DNA of 64,000 bases from Carcharhinus amblyrhynchos. Lineage: Eukaryota. The stretch spans positions 24,304,001 through 24,368,000 of the forward strand of contig OZ336871.1 in NCBI GenBank assembly GCA_965287045.1, read 5' to 3'. Below, one piece after another: positions 1 through 13,036 of this stretch. The notes beneath the pieces are model-generated. The model made no database searches. It saw only the letters and a list, made by a program, of their open reading frames with translations, and was not told where the DNA came from. The translations under genes and the position numbers were made by a program. The first letter of the stretch is position 1. Every line of letters begins with the position of its first letter.

Positions 1-264
1 GGCACGTCCGCTTATTTCTCCTGCAAAGTGAGGATGAAGGGTTTGATGATAATAAACCTTCCTATCAGGCCACCATGTTGCACATTTTGGTGTCCTAATC
101 CTGGCATTGCACTGTCACTGACCATCCTCCAAAATTTCCACTGGCATGATCCCTTCCTTTGGGAGAGGAGTGTGAGTGAGCTTACATCTCCTCTGTCCTC
201 TAATTAATGTCTAACTTGAGAGCCTCCTGCTCAGAGGCATGCAGTTTTTTAATGGCTTGATTTG

Positions 265-470
265 GCATCTTACTTTCCTTGAAAAACTTCACAAGGTTAT
301 TGCGGCACCTTCTGCATTGAACCCCCATCCTGCTGGACATACTCCCACTGCTTTGAACAATGTCCAATTTACTTCACCAGGCTGGCTACCTCTGGGAATA
401 AGATATTCTTCCTAGCTGTCACCATCACTGGAGAGATCTTGCTGAGTCATGGAACTGCCCTTCAATAGCA
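265..470 (-). mobile_element. Decayed Harbinger-type Myb/SANT-like exon
   Basis: Minus-strand translation fragments TARKNILFPE and QCRRCRNNLVKFFK followed by a gtaag donor. These resemble Harbinger Myb-like ORFs; the frame is broken. Confidence 0.4.
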
Positions 471-981
471 GACTGCCATGTTGAAGCAATGACCTCTTGC
501 ACCCTCAGTGATGAGACTACCTGGTCACAGTCACACTGGTGTGCAACTTTTCAATGGAGCCCACCATGGCATAGCTCCTGGCTCTTCATTGCACCTCCTG
601 TCCCTCAGTGAACAGATAGCATGGAAATGATGCAATAATTTTGTTCCCTTTTGCAAAATTCAAATAGCATCATGGAAGACATCTGGAAGACACTAGACAC
701 ATAGCTAAATTGGAGCAGAGTGGGAATTTGGTGAGAAAAGACAAGAGGGAAAAGTCTAGGAATGGGTGAAAGAATCACAGAATCTTTACAGTGCAGAAGG
801 AGGCCATTCATCCCATTGAGTCTGCACTGGCTCACCCAAAGAGCGTTCTATCGAACCCCACTCCCCTACTTTATCCCCCTAACCTTGCACATTATTCTTT
901 CAGGGGACATTAAATGACAAAACAATCATTTACAGTTTGGAAATATGCACCAGGGCTTAACAACCAATCAGCTGCTCCCTT

Positions 982-1274
982 CATAGAATCCCTACAGTGC
1001 AGAAGGAGGCCATTCAGCCCACCGAGTCTGCACTGACACAATTCCAACCAGGCCCTATTCCCATAACCCTACATATTTACCCTGCTAACGCCCTGACACT
1101 AGCACGGCCAATCAACCTAACATGCACATCTTTGGAGTGTGGATGGAAACTGGAAGAAACCCACACAGACACGGGGAGAACATGCAAACTCCACACAGAC
1201 ATTCACTTGAGGCTGAAATCAAACCCGAGTCGCTGGTGCTGTGAGGCAGCAGTGCTAACCATTGTGCCACCGTG
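982..1274 (-). mobile_element. HE1-type SINE (CR1/HER1-like tail)
   Basis: tRNA-like head (gcacggtggcacaatggttagcactgctgcctcacag) and tail ctgcactgtagggattctatga on the minus strand. Many copies occur in the window. Confidence 0.9.
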
Positions 1275-1490
1275 CAGCTCCAAAAGGGCCCATCATCCTA
1301 CCATTCAGACCTCATCTGGGCACAAGCCTTCAATCCTTTTCTGATCCCATTACTACTTTGATTGCACCACTAATTCCTTCAGCATTTAATCCTTCCTGCC
1401 ACCCATCATCCCCTGTTTCATCTGCTTTTACAACCTGATGCACCTCTAACTTCTAAGCCTGATGAAAGCATTGCCTGAAACAATGACATT

Positions 1491-1863
1491 GGGCAGGATT
1501 TTCCACATGGCACGCATTCCCATCCTGTCCCGTAAAAGTCATTGGTGAACATATCCCTGTGATCAGGCCAATCCCACAACCATTTACCGCTCTGAATTCT
1601 TGAGGGTGAGACTTCTGCCCCCTCATCTGGGAGGAAGTCAGAGAGGTGCAGACTAATCAGTTTGGCTAGCAGCTCTGTATCCCAATTGGGAACAGTGTGG
1701 AGCGTGCCCCTGAGGTGGGCAGATCTTGGATTGGCACTCAATCTGGTAAGGAGGGTAATGATGGAGGAACCTCCCCACCCTCCTGTCAACAATCTCTCCT
1801 TCCAAGGTCTAAGCACAGTTCACCACCCTGGAATTCCTCCCACCAGCCCATAAAATTCTGCCT
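1491..1863. mobile_element. Harbinger-like MITE
   Basis: Imperfect terminal inverted repeats gggcaggatttt ... aaaattctgcc. The same end motif recurs across the window. Confidence 0.55.
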
Positions 1864-2408
1864 CCTGTTTCCTTCTCTGCTGTCGTTGCTTGGAATGACA
1901 TGTGTAATGTTTCAATCCACAGGTTCAATTCCTGAATCAAGGGAACTTTGGAAAATTATAGCTCGGGGCAAGTTCTTGGCGTTAGTTATTTAGCTCCCAC
2001 ATCAAATGTGCTTTCTCCAGTGGAAAACACTGAACAGAACTTGCTTGTGACCTAAATGATAGCATAGCGTTGACATTATGTGTATTGCCTGTGACACAAA
2101 ATTACAAGCAGAACGCCGTCCCCATGAAAAATGCATTGCAGAAGTTAGCACTGGAACAGATATTGAGATCAGGGCTGTCAAAACCTCTTCCAAACTTCTC
2201 CAAAAAACTGCATCTGGCAATTCTATTAACTGACCATGTGTGGCAACCTGCTGAAGGGGCTGTAACATCTGTTCAAGGTGAACAATAAAGTCACCTAGTT
2301 GTCAATGAATGATTTATGTGACACACACAATTACCATTACTCTGATTTTCTCTACATTCAATTATTGCATGATGCTTAGTTAAGGATACAGGCCACACAA
2401 AACTGCAA

Positions 2409-3317
2409 GGCCAGAGTTTTATCCTCACCGTCACCTCCCCACACACCCCCCCACCCCCCAACTTCCAAGTTAGAGGGGAGCATAAAATAGCAAGGATAGA
2501 ATCATCCCCCGGGATCCCATCCTTCCCAGCCTGGAAGCGAGTTTATCATTGGACATACAGGACTTCAGGCAGGAAGCCAAGACGTGCCCCAGTTAAGATC
2601 CTTAAGTGACCATTTAACGTCCACTAAGGTGCCTTTCCCTGCCCAGCCTCAATTTTTCCATCCCTACACCGGTCTACCCCGAACAGTAAGTTCTTTTTTT
2701 ATTTATCAGTGGCGCAAGTCAGCTTACATCAACACTGCAATGAAATTACAATGATAATCCCCGAGTCTGGTGTCTGTTCAGAGAGAATTTATCATGGCCA
2801 ATGCGCCTAACAAGCATGTCTTTAGCGAGGAAACCGGAGCACCCGGAGGAAATCCACACAGGCACAGGGAATGCGTGCAGACTCAGCACAGACAGCGACC
2901 CAAGCTGGGAAGTGAACCTGGGTCCCTGGCGCTGTGAGGCAGCAGTGCTAACCACTGTACCACCGTGCCATCTCCTACTCCCTCCTGACTCTGTAGAGCA
3001 TCACCCTTCACCTCCCTGAGATCCTTGGTATTTACCATCACTGCGGTTACTGGGGCTTCGTCTCAGACCTGGCACTCTAGCAGTTCTTCCAACCACTGCA
3101 TCGCTGGGCCTGGGCGGGCTCCAGAACCTTCGACCAATCAGATTGGCCTACAGCTTTCTAAGGCAAGATTTCTATCCAAGTGTGGTCAGAGATCCTGCCT
3201 GCTGCCAATCAGCACTCAGAGTGTGAAATAGCAGTAAACCTGTCAGAGTCAGTGGGGGTGCTTTCTCCGCTGACTCTCTGAATGACAAGCACGTAACCTC
3301 CTGAAAATTCAGGCCCA
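2409..3317. mobile_element. Harbinger-like non-autonomous element with nested SINE (about 2700-2969, minus)
   Basis: Ends ggccagagtttt ... aaaattcaggccc. An internal SINE carries the alternative tail. Confidence 0.5.
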
Positions 3318-4377
3318 TGAAATGAGTTTTCATGAAGAAATTTGCGCTTAGAAAATGGACGCAGAAAATTGCTCCCTGCACTGATACAGTGAGTCAGAGA
3401 TCAAACCAAAATTAAACCTCAATCTCAAGCTGGTGAGCTAGAAAACAGGATCTTGATCCCATATTCGTCATCTGTGGGAATGCCGGGGCAGGAGCGGGCG
3501 ACGCTGGGGGCGTATCAATATCCATTGAAAATCAGCGTGAGACTCATGGGGGAGAAGCAGGGATTAATTTATGTGTGATGGTGGGCATAGGAACTGTGGA
3601 TGCCAGCAGTGGCCGTTTGGAGAGGTAGGGGGAAGTGTGCCGGTGATAGTTACGTGAATAGGGGAGGGGTTGGGTGAAGGGATCTGATGTTCCAGGAGCA
3701 TTGGGGGTGGAGGTGGGGGTGTTGCTGGAATGAGTTGTTGGAGAGAGGGCGAGGGGTATGATGTCTGGGGGAGGATGGGTAGTTGCTGGCACCGTTTGCT
3801 GGGGACAGGGTGGGGAAGAGAACTGGTGGCTCTGAATGGGGGAGGGTGGGTAGTGTATACCAGTTCTGATTGCAGGGTGAGGAGGGTGGTATGGTTGGGG
3901 AACTCTTGAGACCTCTATGGTGAGGTTGGGGAGAGTGGTTACTGTTTTGCTTTGATCGGGGCGCCCTGTAAACACAGTAACCCGATCTCAATATAGCATG
4001 TTGAGCTCTGCCCTGCTACATGATGGAATAAGATCTGGAGCGAAAACCTGCCTGTTTCTCTGGAGAGAAACATTCCGTTTCTCGCACCAGAGCCAACACT
4101 CTGCCATTTTTTTGGTAAGATTCCTCCAACAATAATTTGTTGGACATCCTCAGGCAATTCACCCATGAAACATTTCAATGTTGTTAATCAGCTAGAGGTT
4201 GAAAGAAAGAGGTTGGCAACTTGTACAAGAAGAGGATGTGCATTTTCTTTTAAAAGGTGACATTTTTGGCCGTAACTTACAGCAGTTGGGTACATGTAGA
4301 CCTGGTGCTGACTATGGTCAGAGCAGCTCAGTTTTACAGCATGGCTCTCAAAGTCTGCATACACAAAGGTACCAAGG

Positions 4378-4702
4378 GTGGCACGGTGCCACAGTGGTTA
4401 GCACTGCTGTTTCACTGCATCAGGGACCCGGGTTCAATTCCTGGCTTGGGTCACTGTCTGTGTGGAGTTTGCACATTCTCCCCGTGACTGCGCGGATTTC
4501 CTCCGGGTGCTCTGGCTTCCTCCCACAGTTCAAAGACATGCGGGTCAGGTGAATTGGCCATATTAAATTGCCCCTTAGTGTCAGGAGGATTAGCCAGGGT
4601 AAATAAGTGGGGTTACGGGGATAGGCTGTGGCTGGGATTGTTGTCAGTGCAGATTCAATGGACCAAATTACCTCCTTCTGCATTGTAGGAATTCTATGAT
4701 CA
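4378..4702 (+). mobile_element. HE1-type SINE, near full length
   Basis: Head ggcacggtgccacagtggttagcactgctg with B-box-like gggttcaattcc. Tail cattgtaggaattctatga. Confidence 0.9.
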
Positions 4703-4902
4703 TTAACCACCCTGAATTAAACTTGGACCCACGAAGCATATGTAGACAGGAGGCATGCTTCTGAATCAGAGTGTATGCACACACACACAATCCACCAAAT
4801 TGCTTTAGTGTTTTGTAAAACATGCCGAATATCATCCTATTTCTTTATACACACAGGGGATCTTATACTTTTGCTCATTTTAGTTATTTACTGCTTTATA
4901 TT

Positions 4903-5447
4903 CATAGAATCCGAGAATAGTTACAGCACAGAGAGAGGCTATTTGGCCAATCTGGCTCTCTGAAGGAGTAATTCATCTAGTGTCACTTTCCCATGCCTTC
5001 TCCCTGTAACCTTGCACATTCTTCCTTTGCGGAAAATAATCCAGTTGCTTCTTGAAATGCCTTGACTGGACCTGCCTCCACCTCACGGTCAGGCAGTGCG
5101 TACCAGATCTTAACCACTCACTGCCTGAAAATAGATTTTCCTCCTGCCTCCATTGTTTCTATTGCCAATTAGCCTAAGTCTGGGACCTCTTGTTCTCAGT
5201 CTTTTCAACAATGGGAACAGTTTATCCCTAGGAAAACAGTGCCAACTTCTCCAATCCAGATATGTAACTGAAGCTCCCTCATCCCTGGAAGCGTTCCTGT
5301 GAAATTTTTCTGCACCCTCTCTGATGCTTTCCTAAAGAGTGGTACCCAGAACTGATGTAATATTCCGGATGAGGTTGATTCAGTGTCTTAAACATGATGA
5401 TATAACTATTTTGTGTAGTGGTCCATTTCTCTGTTTAATAAAGCCTT
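4903..5447 (-). mobile_element. CR1-clade LINE 3' fragment, decayed
   Basis: Similar by eye to the 3' ORF2/UTR of the other CR1 copies in the window. Confidence 0.6.
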
Positions 5448-6454
5448 GGGTGGGATTTTACCGCCTCGCTTGAGTGTTTCCAGAAGTTCTTGCCCGAGAT
5501 CAACGGACATTTCTGTAGTTCACCCCTTACTTGCTGTAACAGCTTCTTCCTCATCAATTTCTTCTAGAAAGAGCCAATTGGCTATATTGAAATTGGGGTA
5601 CTGTGTTTAAAGCGTGCCCCAATCAAAGCAGAGAGCCATACTGGAAGCATTCTCCACCCTTCTGCTGGGCAGTCCTGGTATCTATGTTAACTTTTCATGG
5701 CACAATGCAAGGATCTCAAAATGGCTGCCAATATGGAGTTTCCTGCCCTTTTGTCCAGATTGGTGAGCTTTCTTCTGGATGGAGCCTCTGCCTATCCAAT
5801 CAAAAGTACCACCTCAAAGTCCTGTCTTATTATAGCCCAGTTAAATTCTCTTAAGTTTGGCCTGCCTCACATACTGGACCACTTGATATAAAGTAAAATC
5901 ATTTTGATTTGTAGGAAGCCAGAGTTTTTCATCTACTCACCTGTGCCATATGGTCATAGATTAGCTTATGCTTTAGTAACCCATATTGACAAGAACTAGT
6001 GAGGTGATACAAATCAGTGAGAAATAATTCTTTCAATTCCCCAGGTTCTTGGGAGTTTTGGTTAAAATATCTCTGACATCTAAGTTTCTCTTCAAGCTAA
6101 AATAGTTGTCAAAAGCTTAAAGAATGGTGTCAAAGTTCCTCCATTCCCTGCCTCAGGTGAATGCCTTTCTGCAACTATGACCTACAGCATAATGAAAGAA
6201 ACTGACTTGACCCTTCTGCTGTTTAGTGTGAAGGCTCAATGCTGCTCAATGGTAAAGGAAATTATGTTTCTGTACCACCTCCTTCTCACCATTGATACAA
6301 TCAAATAGGTGGGGTAGGGGCAGGTCTGCATACTGCATATGGTCCTGGTTGCCTCTCCAATTTGCATGAGTAGTAAGTGCAAGCTGCTATTGAGTTTTCC
6401 TCCCCTTGTGGTTCTATCAATAACCAATGTATTTTTTATATCAATGTTGTCACT

Positions 6455-7445
6455 ATGTTCTCAGATAGTCCTACGTATCTGGCTAGACCAGAATTTATTG
6501 TCCGTTGCTAGTTGCTTTCGAGAAGGTGGTGGTGAGCTGCCTTCTTGAGCCACTGCAGTCCCAATGTATAGGTACATCTAAAGTGCTGTTAGTCAGAAAG
6601 TTCCAGTCTAACAGGATTTTGATCCAATAACAGTTAAGGAACAGTAATTTTTTTTCCAATTCGAAATGATGAGTTAGTTGGAGGGGAACCACCAGATAGT
6701 GGTGTTCCCAGGTGTCTGCTGCTCTAGACTATCTAGTTGGCAATGGCTATGGGTTTGGAAGGTGCTATGTAAGGAAGGCTGGTGTGTTCCTGCAATGCAT
6801 CTTGTAGGTAGTACACATGGCTGCCACTGTTTTTCAGTGGTGGAAGGATTGAACGTGAAAGGGGTGACAATCAAGCGGGTTGCTTTGTCCTGGATGGTGT
6901 TATTGGAGCTGCACTCATCCAGGCAATGGAGATATTCCATTATTCTTCTGACTTGTGCCTTATAGATGGTGGATAGGCTTTGGAGTAAGGAGGTGACTCA
7001 CTACAGGATTCCTAGCCTTTGACCTGCTGTGTTAGCCACAGCATTTATATGGTTAGGCCAGTTCACTTTCTCTAGCCACCCAGGATGTTGGTAGTGGGGG
7101 ACTCAGCGATGGTAATGCCACTGAAGGTCAAGGGTTGATGATTAGATTCTCAATTGTTGCTCCTTCCCTTATCCGTTCTGCATTAATTTGCAGATCCCTT
7201 ATCTTGTCAGCTTGAAAATGATGCATTTTTCCCTACTGCCTGTACCTGTTATTTAACCAATCCTCTATCCATGGTAATCTGTTACCTCCTACGCCATAAC
7301 CTCTTACTTTATGCTGTAACCTTTGATCTGGCACCTTGTCAAATACCTTTTGGAAATCCAAGTGTACCACATCGACAAGTTCCCCTTTATCCATATTGCC
7401 TGTTACTTTCTCAAACTACTGTAATTAATTAATCACGCATGATTT
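6455..7445 (-). mobile_element. Decayed LINE ORF2 fragments (CR1/L2-like)
   Basis: Minus strand gives RT-like pieces (near VYLDFQKVFDKVP at about 7330-7370) and a C-terminal MEY...QDKATRLI fragment. Confidence 0.6.
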
Positions 7446-7469
7446 ACGTTGGTGCTGCTGCCCTGTTTG

Positions 7470-7755
7470 AATCATAAAATCCCTACAGTGCAGAAGGAGG
7501 CCATTCAGCCCATCAAACCTGCACCAACAACAGCCACACCCAGGCCTATCCCCATAATCCCACATATTTACCTTGCTAATCCCCCTGATACTAAGGTACA
7601 ATTTAACATGGCCAATCAACGTAAACTGCACATCTTTGGAGTGTGGGAGGAAACTGGAGCATCTGGAGGAAAGCCACACAGACACAAGGAAAATGTGCAA
7701 ACTTTTCACAGAAAGTGACACAAGGCCGGAATTGAACTCTGGTCCCTGGCACTGC
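7470..7755 (-). mobile_element. HE1-type SINE
   Basis: Same body and tail as the copy at 982-1274. Confidence 0.85.
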
Positions 7756-7989
7756 CGATTACGTTAAGATTTTTTCAGTGCCCCACAGCAAGCAAATTAT
7801 TAGATTCTAGCATTTTTCCCTGTCACAGATGATAGGGCTAACTAGCCAGTTTCCTGCTTTGTATCTCCCTCTGTTCTCGAACAAAAGTGTTACTTGCACC
7901 ATCTTCCCATCCGATGGGACCTTCCGGCATCTCGGACATTTTGGAAAATTCAAACTGGGGCACCTATCTCAGCAGCCACCTCTTTAATA

Positions 7990-8270
7990 AAGTAAAGTTT
8001 ATTTATTAGTCACAAGTGAGGCTTACATTAACACTGCAATGAAGTTACTGTGAAATTTCCTTAGTTGCCACACTCCAGTGCCTGTTCCGGTCAATGTGCC
8101 TAATCAGCACATCTTTCAGACTGTGGGAGGAAACTGGAGCACCTGGAGGCAACCCCCACAGACACAGAGAGATTATGCCAGCTCCACATAGATAATGACT
8201 CAAGCCAGGAATCAAACTTGTGACCCTGGCACTGTGAGGCAGCAGTGCTAACCATTGTGCTGCTGTGCCA
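7990..8270 (-). mobile_element. HE1-head SINE with alternative tail
   Basis: HE1 head. On the minus strand the tail reads cttcattgcagtgttaatgtaagcctcacttgtgactaataaataaaac. Confidence 0.85.
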
Positions 8271-8291
8271 ACCCCAAACTCAAATCCATTC

Positions 8292-8373
8292 TGGCAGTGG
8301 TGGGATTCGAACCAAGACCTTTGCAGAGACTGGAGCCTTAATCCAACACCTTAGACTGCTTGGCCAAACTACC
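8292..8373 (-). pseudogene. tRNA-Leu(AAG): tRNA-Leu(AAG) pseudogene
   Basis: The 82-nt reverse complement GGTAGTTTGGCCAAGCAGTCTAAGGTGTTGGATTAAGGCTCCAGTCTCTGCAAAGGTCTTGGTTCGAATCCCACCACTGCCA is colinear with vertebrate Leu-AAG tRNA. Many substitutions fall at CpG sites and weaken the stems. Confidence 0.85.
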
Positions 8374-8821
8374 ACGTAGGACTACATAAAACCCAAGGAT
8401 GAAGTCGCCAGCACCTCTTCTTCCCAGCAAAATGCATCTCTTCTCACTGAATATAATGGGTTATTATGTGCAGCACATCAACATTTTAAGAAGTAAAAGA
8501 CACTTTAATAAAGCAACTGTGTGCAGCAAAGTGAGATTTGATGCGCTGAAAACATATTGCATATTTTTTCAGCAATTATTTGAGCGGAGGAGAGATCTGA
8601 TACAGATCTCCAGCTGAGCGGTTGCGACTGCTCCGTAATAATTCTCCTCTGACATGACCAGCTTTGCTGTCAGGCAGTGAGAGTTGTAAATGTTTTGCAA
8701 GCATCAAATTATCTTGCACCTGTAACATTTGCAAATGTACTTCATATTCATAAAGCTGAACATCTTGATGGCATAACACTGTTTGCAAGTTTGACATCTT
8801 TTGCATGTAATTTCTCCAATC

Positions 8822-8902
8822 TCACATTCTCATACCGAGCAGATTAAATTTTAAGGTTGGCATAAATCCCTCTGGAGATGAAACAAGCAATTTCTCTTGG
8901 CA
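8822..8902 (-). CDS. Candidate last exon of a short-chain four-helix cytokine-like gene (CQEKLLVSSPEGFMPTLKFNLLGMRM*)
   Basis: Strong acceptor cactttttatttccccag, phase 0. The Cys...S-x-x-E-x-F-x-x-x-L-K pattern resembles helix D of IL-4 (STLENFLERLK). ATTAAA lies downstream at about 8504-8509. Confidence 0.5.
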   Translation of the reverse strand, partial: CQEKLLVSSPEGFMPTLKFNLLGMRM

Positions 8903-9382
8903 CTGGGGAAATAAAAAGTGGTATTTCCCATGCATTAGTAACTGTCATTTTTAGTGTTTAAGCCATATTGCTGAAAAGGAGTCAATTTTATTTTGTGCTT
9001 GCTGAACTATATTTGATTCCTATCTGATGATGCCTTATCTGGAAATCCTTTCCTGCCTTCACCCCTCTATCTATCTGTAATCTCCTTTAGCTCTCAAACC
9101 TTCCCAGATATGTGTAGTACTCTGGGTGAGGGTTATAAATTCATCTCCTGTTGTGAGAGGGATCAAAGTATACTGTGTGAAAAGTTATATTTTACTAACC
9201 TTATACATAAATGTATTAAAGAACAATGAAATACACTTTAACTGGCTGTAAGTACATCACAATATTAAAGATAGAAAGATGGAAATCATACGCAGAATTT
9301 TCCAGCCTTTCCCACCAGCGAGTTCCTCTGGTCCCATTGAAGGAGACCTCTCCACCAAGGATTTCCTGGTGGCGTGGTTTGA

Positions 9383-9677
9383 AGTTTATTTATTATTGTC
9401 ACAAGTAGGCTTACATTAACACTGCAATGAAGTTACTGTGAAAATCACCACACTCCGGCAACTGTTCAGGTACACTGAGGGAGAATTTAGCATGGTCAAT
9501 GCATCTAACCAGCACATCTTTTGGACGGTGGGAGGTAACCGCAGCACCCGGAGAAAACCCGCCCAGACACAGGGAGAATGTGCAGACTCTGCACAGACAG
9601 AGACCCGATGCTGGGAATCGAACCCGGGTCACTGGTGCTATGAGGCAGCAGTGCTAACTACTGTGCCACCTTGCTGC
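9383..9677 (-). mobile_element. HE1-head SINE with alternative tail, nested in a MITE (about 9290-9792)
   Basis: SINE sequence is flanked by the two halves of a Harbinger-like MITE (cagaattttcc ... agaatccggccc). Confidence 0.8.
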
Positions 9678-9794
9678 ATGGGGTGGAATTCCCATTGACA
9701 GCAGTAGGACAAGAGAATCCTGCCACCAGTGAATGGTGCATGACCGCCCGCCACCAATTAACACACGGCTGAAAGGTCAGAGAATCCGGCCCAT

Positions 9795-10640
9795 TATGGG
9801 TACCGGTGCACTCTGAGTGTTCCCGGTAGCGGGAAAATGGGAGTGTTCTGTGTTGGCACTTGTTGCGCTGAACATGTGTAATTCAGCCCATTGAAATTGG
9901 CCAGCCCGGCTCCCATCTGAAATACATGGATTATCCAACTCTAGCAGTGCCTGGTCTGCTGGACATAGTAAGAAGTCTCACAACACCAAGTTAAAGTCCA
10001 GGTTTATTTGGTAGCAAATGCCACCAGCTTTTGGGGTTCTACCCATCTTATCGTATTTACCCCAGTCCAACGCCGGCATCTCCACACCATGATTCGCTGG
10101 ATTCTGGAATCACACCTTAGTTATGATAAACGGGAGCAGCTTATAAGCTCTCCCTGCAACCCCCACTCCCACTTCAGCAATCAACATGTCAGCAAAGAGA
10201 GTTGCACCTCACTTTCTAGAAGCAGATAGCACAGGATACTGGACTGCGCGACGAGGGATGGGCACCCTGTTCCCAAGGGCTGGCAGTAGACACTGTGCCA
10301 GTGTGGTGCTGGAGGCTTGGGAAATGGAGATTTGCAACAGCCTTGTCAGGAAGACCATACTTCACTACAGGAAGAAGATGAATAAGCTGCTTCGAGCTGT
10401 TGTATGTCGCACTGATGCAATATCACACCTGTGTCCACTGAATATCCAGTGAGGAGGGAAGTCCTAGATAGAGTGTTCGCTAATGATATGCTAATATATT
10501 AAAATAAGTTTCCCGTGGTCCCCGGCACGTTTCACGCTACTACGCCAGTGAGCGGCTGGGAAGATGGGAACTTGGAAATTTTCCGGTGTGAATTGTGTTT
10601 TCCAAGTCTCTGCGGATTTTGAGCATGCACTACTATTCTG
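9795..10640 (+). mobile_element. Harbinger-type element with decayed Myb/SANT-like ORF (10186-10400)
   Basis: The ORF reads KRVAPHF...TLFPRAGSR...EAW...RKKMNKLLRA, matching the Harbinger Myb-like pattern (APRF...LFP...AW...CRKK-NDL). A short PLE terminal fragment is inserted at about 9964-10092. Confidence 0.6.
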
Positions 10641-10645
10641 CAGAC

Positions 10646-11265
10646 CACAAGGCCATAACATACAGGAGTAGAATTAGGCCATTTGGCCCATTGAGTCTGC
10701 TCTGCCATTCAATCATAGTTGATATGATTCTCATCCCCATTTTCCTGCCTTCTCCCCGTAACCCTTGATTCCCATATTGATCAAAAACGTAGCTATTTCT
10801 GTCTTAAAGACACAATGACCTGGCCTCCACAGTCTTCTGTGGCAATGAGTTCCACAGGTTCACCACCCTTTGGCTGAAGAAATTCTTTCTCACCTCAGTT
10901 TTAAAGGAAAGCCCTTTCACTCTGAGGTTGTGTTCTCGAGTTCTAGTCTCTCCCACTGGTGGAAACATCCACTCCGTGTCCACTCTAACCAGGCTTCTCA
11001 GTATTCTGTAAGTTTCAATTACATCCTGTCTCATCCCTCTAAACCCTATTGAGTATGGACACAGGGTCTTCAACTGCTTTTCATATGACAAACCCTTCAT
11101 TCCTGGGGTCGTCCTTGTGAACCTTCTTTGGACCCTCTCCAAAGCCAGCACATCCTTCCTTGGTATGGGACCCAAAACTGTTCGCAATATTCCAAATGGG
11201 GTCTGACCAGAGCCTTATACAGCCTCAGCAGTAGACCTCTGCTCTTCTATTCTAGCCCTCTAAAA
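10646..11265 (-). mobile_element. CR1/HER1-type LINE 3' fragment
   Basis: ORF 10804-11187 ([10 protein letters not shown]...PGMKGLSYE...FFSQRVVNLWNSLP) is the CR1 ORF2 C-terminus. Confidence 0.9.
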
Positions 11266-11979
11266 CTGACATAGATTGCAGGCTCAAAATCACCTCCTTT
11301 CTGTTTTGTTTCTTGGTCCTGAGATCTCCCTACAGGGCTCATTCCTGTGAAGCATGCTGGGGCATTCTGCTATGCTGAAGGCACTATTGAATGTATGATT
11401 TCTGGCTGCCTTGACCCTAAGCTCTGGAATTCCCTCCCTAAATCTCTGTGGCTGCTTCCTTTTCTCTCTTTGAAGATGCTGCCTAACACCAAGTTTAAGA
11501 TCACCTGTCCTTAACCTTGTGTTTGTTCCAGTTAAATATGAGGCATAAGGACACCCTGGCTCTTTCTAGCCAAACCAAAACCAAACACAAATTCAACAAA
11601 TGCATAGTTGTCATTGTGTCTCCTGACCAACCTGCTGACTCCTTCTCAAGTTCAGTGGATTTTGTGCCCTGCAGTTGTGTTTGACTTTAATTTAAAACCA
11701 CTTTACAGCAGCAACGATACAATTCTGCCTCAGCTTACACATTTTAATCAGGTCCCAAGTTGGATGGCCTCCTTAATGCCAGAATCTCACCAGTTAAAAT
11801 ACTGGTGAAGGATGCGTAGGGGTGACGGAGGACAAGCAGTTCTGCAGCACTGTAGAAGCACATTTAATCCCAGCTTTTACCATTTGTGCCAAGCAGGTTG
11901 CTATGAGTTTGAGCAAAGTTTTAAGGTGTAACTTGTGCTCGATAGACCACAGGGAGTATTAACAATGCATCTTTCAGAA

Positions 11980-12865
11980 AAAAAGGAAAGAATTTGCATT
12001 TCTGTGCCATTCCTTGCAACCTCAGAACATTCCAAATGGCTGTACAGCCAACAAAATACTTTTGAAGTGTAGCCACTGTTGTAATGTGGGAAATGGGGAC
12101 GCCAATTTGTTTTCAGCAATCTCACACAGTTAGCAACATAAAATAGGCCAGCTAATCTTTCTTTTCAATAATGTCCATTCACGAATAAATATTGAACAGC
12201 ACTCTGGGCAGGATTCCCATGCTGACATTTGAAATGATATTAAAGAATCTTTTACATTCACCTTGGAGTGCTAATGGAATTTTGGTTTAAATGTCACATC
12301 CAAAAATGGCAACTCCAACTGTGCAACATTCTCAGTGAGGAGTATAGGGATAAATATTGGCCAGAAAACCCAGGGAGAACTGTCTGAGGATTCAGGGCAG
12401 ACCATTTAGGATGGAGGTGAGGAGATATTTCTTCATCCAAAGAGTGGTGAGCCTGTGGAATTCATTACTATAGGAAGTACTCGATGCCAAAACATTGAAT
12501 GTATTCAAGAGGTGGTTATTTTAGGGCAAATGAAATCGAAAGTTATGGGGAGAAAGCAGAATTAGGCTATTGGGTTGGACGATCAGCCATGATTGTGATG
12601 AATTGAGGAGCAAGCTCGAATGGCCTCCTCCTGCTCCTATCTCTTATATTTCTATGTAACTCCCCTGCCCTTACTTGAAATCATGCCATGGTGCCACTGG
12701 ATCTTTTAAACCCAGGTGAGAGTGCAGGCAGGATCTTGGTTTAAACAGCGAACCTTCAGTGCTGCAATGGAATGCCAGCCTAAATTTTGTATGCATGTGT
12801 CTGAAGTGGGAGTTGAATCTTCTGACCCAGCTAAACGTATCACCACTGAGCCATGGTGATGACTG
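11980..12865 (-). mobile_element. Old DeuSINE/SacSINE1-like repeat interrupted by a CR1 3' fragment (12382-12657, plus)
   Basis: Minus strand has cacattacaacagtggctacacttcaaaagta. The CR1 insert is flanked by a duplicated aact. Confidence 0.55.
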
Positions 12866-12916
12866 AAGTTTCAGACTAAAGACAGAGTTCCATAAAAGAA
12901 GAAGGTGTGTGCTTAC

Positions 12917-13036
12917 ATGAGAAACAACCTCTTTGATGGAATGACACCGATATGCAGATGAAACGTTTGCTATATTTGAATCCGCAATTGCACAGAATAA
13001 TTTCCTCACACACCTTAATCCTGTGCCTAAACTCAC
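12917..13036 (-). CDS. Candidate exon 3 of the cytokine-like gene (VSLGTGLRCVRKLFCAIADSNIANVSSAYRCHSIKEVVSH)
   Basis: 120 nt, phase 0/0. Acceptor tgattgctttatttcaaag, donor gtaagc. Contains a C-x4-F-C motif like fish IL-4/13 helix B. Confidence 0.5.

Noticed and set aside
3544-3991. Pro-rich 143-aa and 113-aa ORFs
   Set aside because: Low-complexity G-rich interior of a Harbinger-like element, with no protein-family signal.
8576-8806. 76-aa minus-strand ORF as a coding exon
   Set aside because: No recognisable motif. It is better explained as 3' UTR of the candidate last exon.
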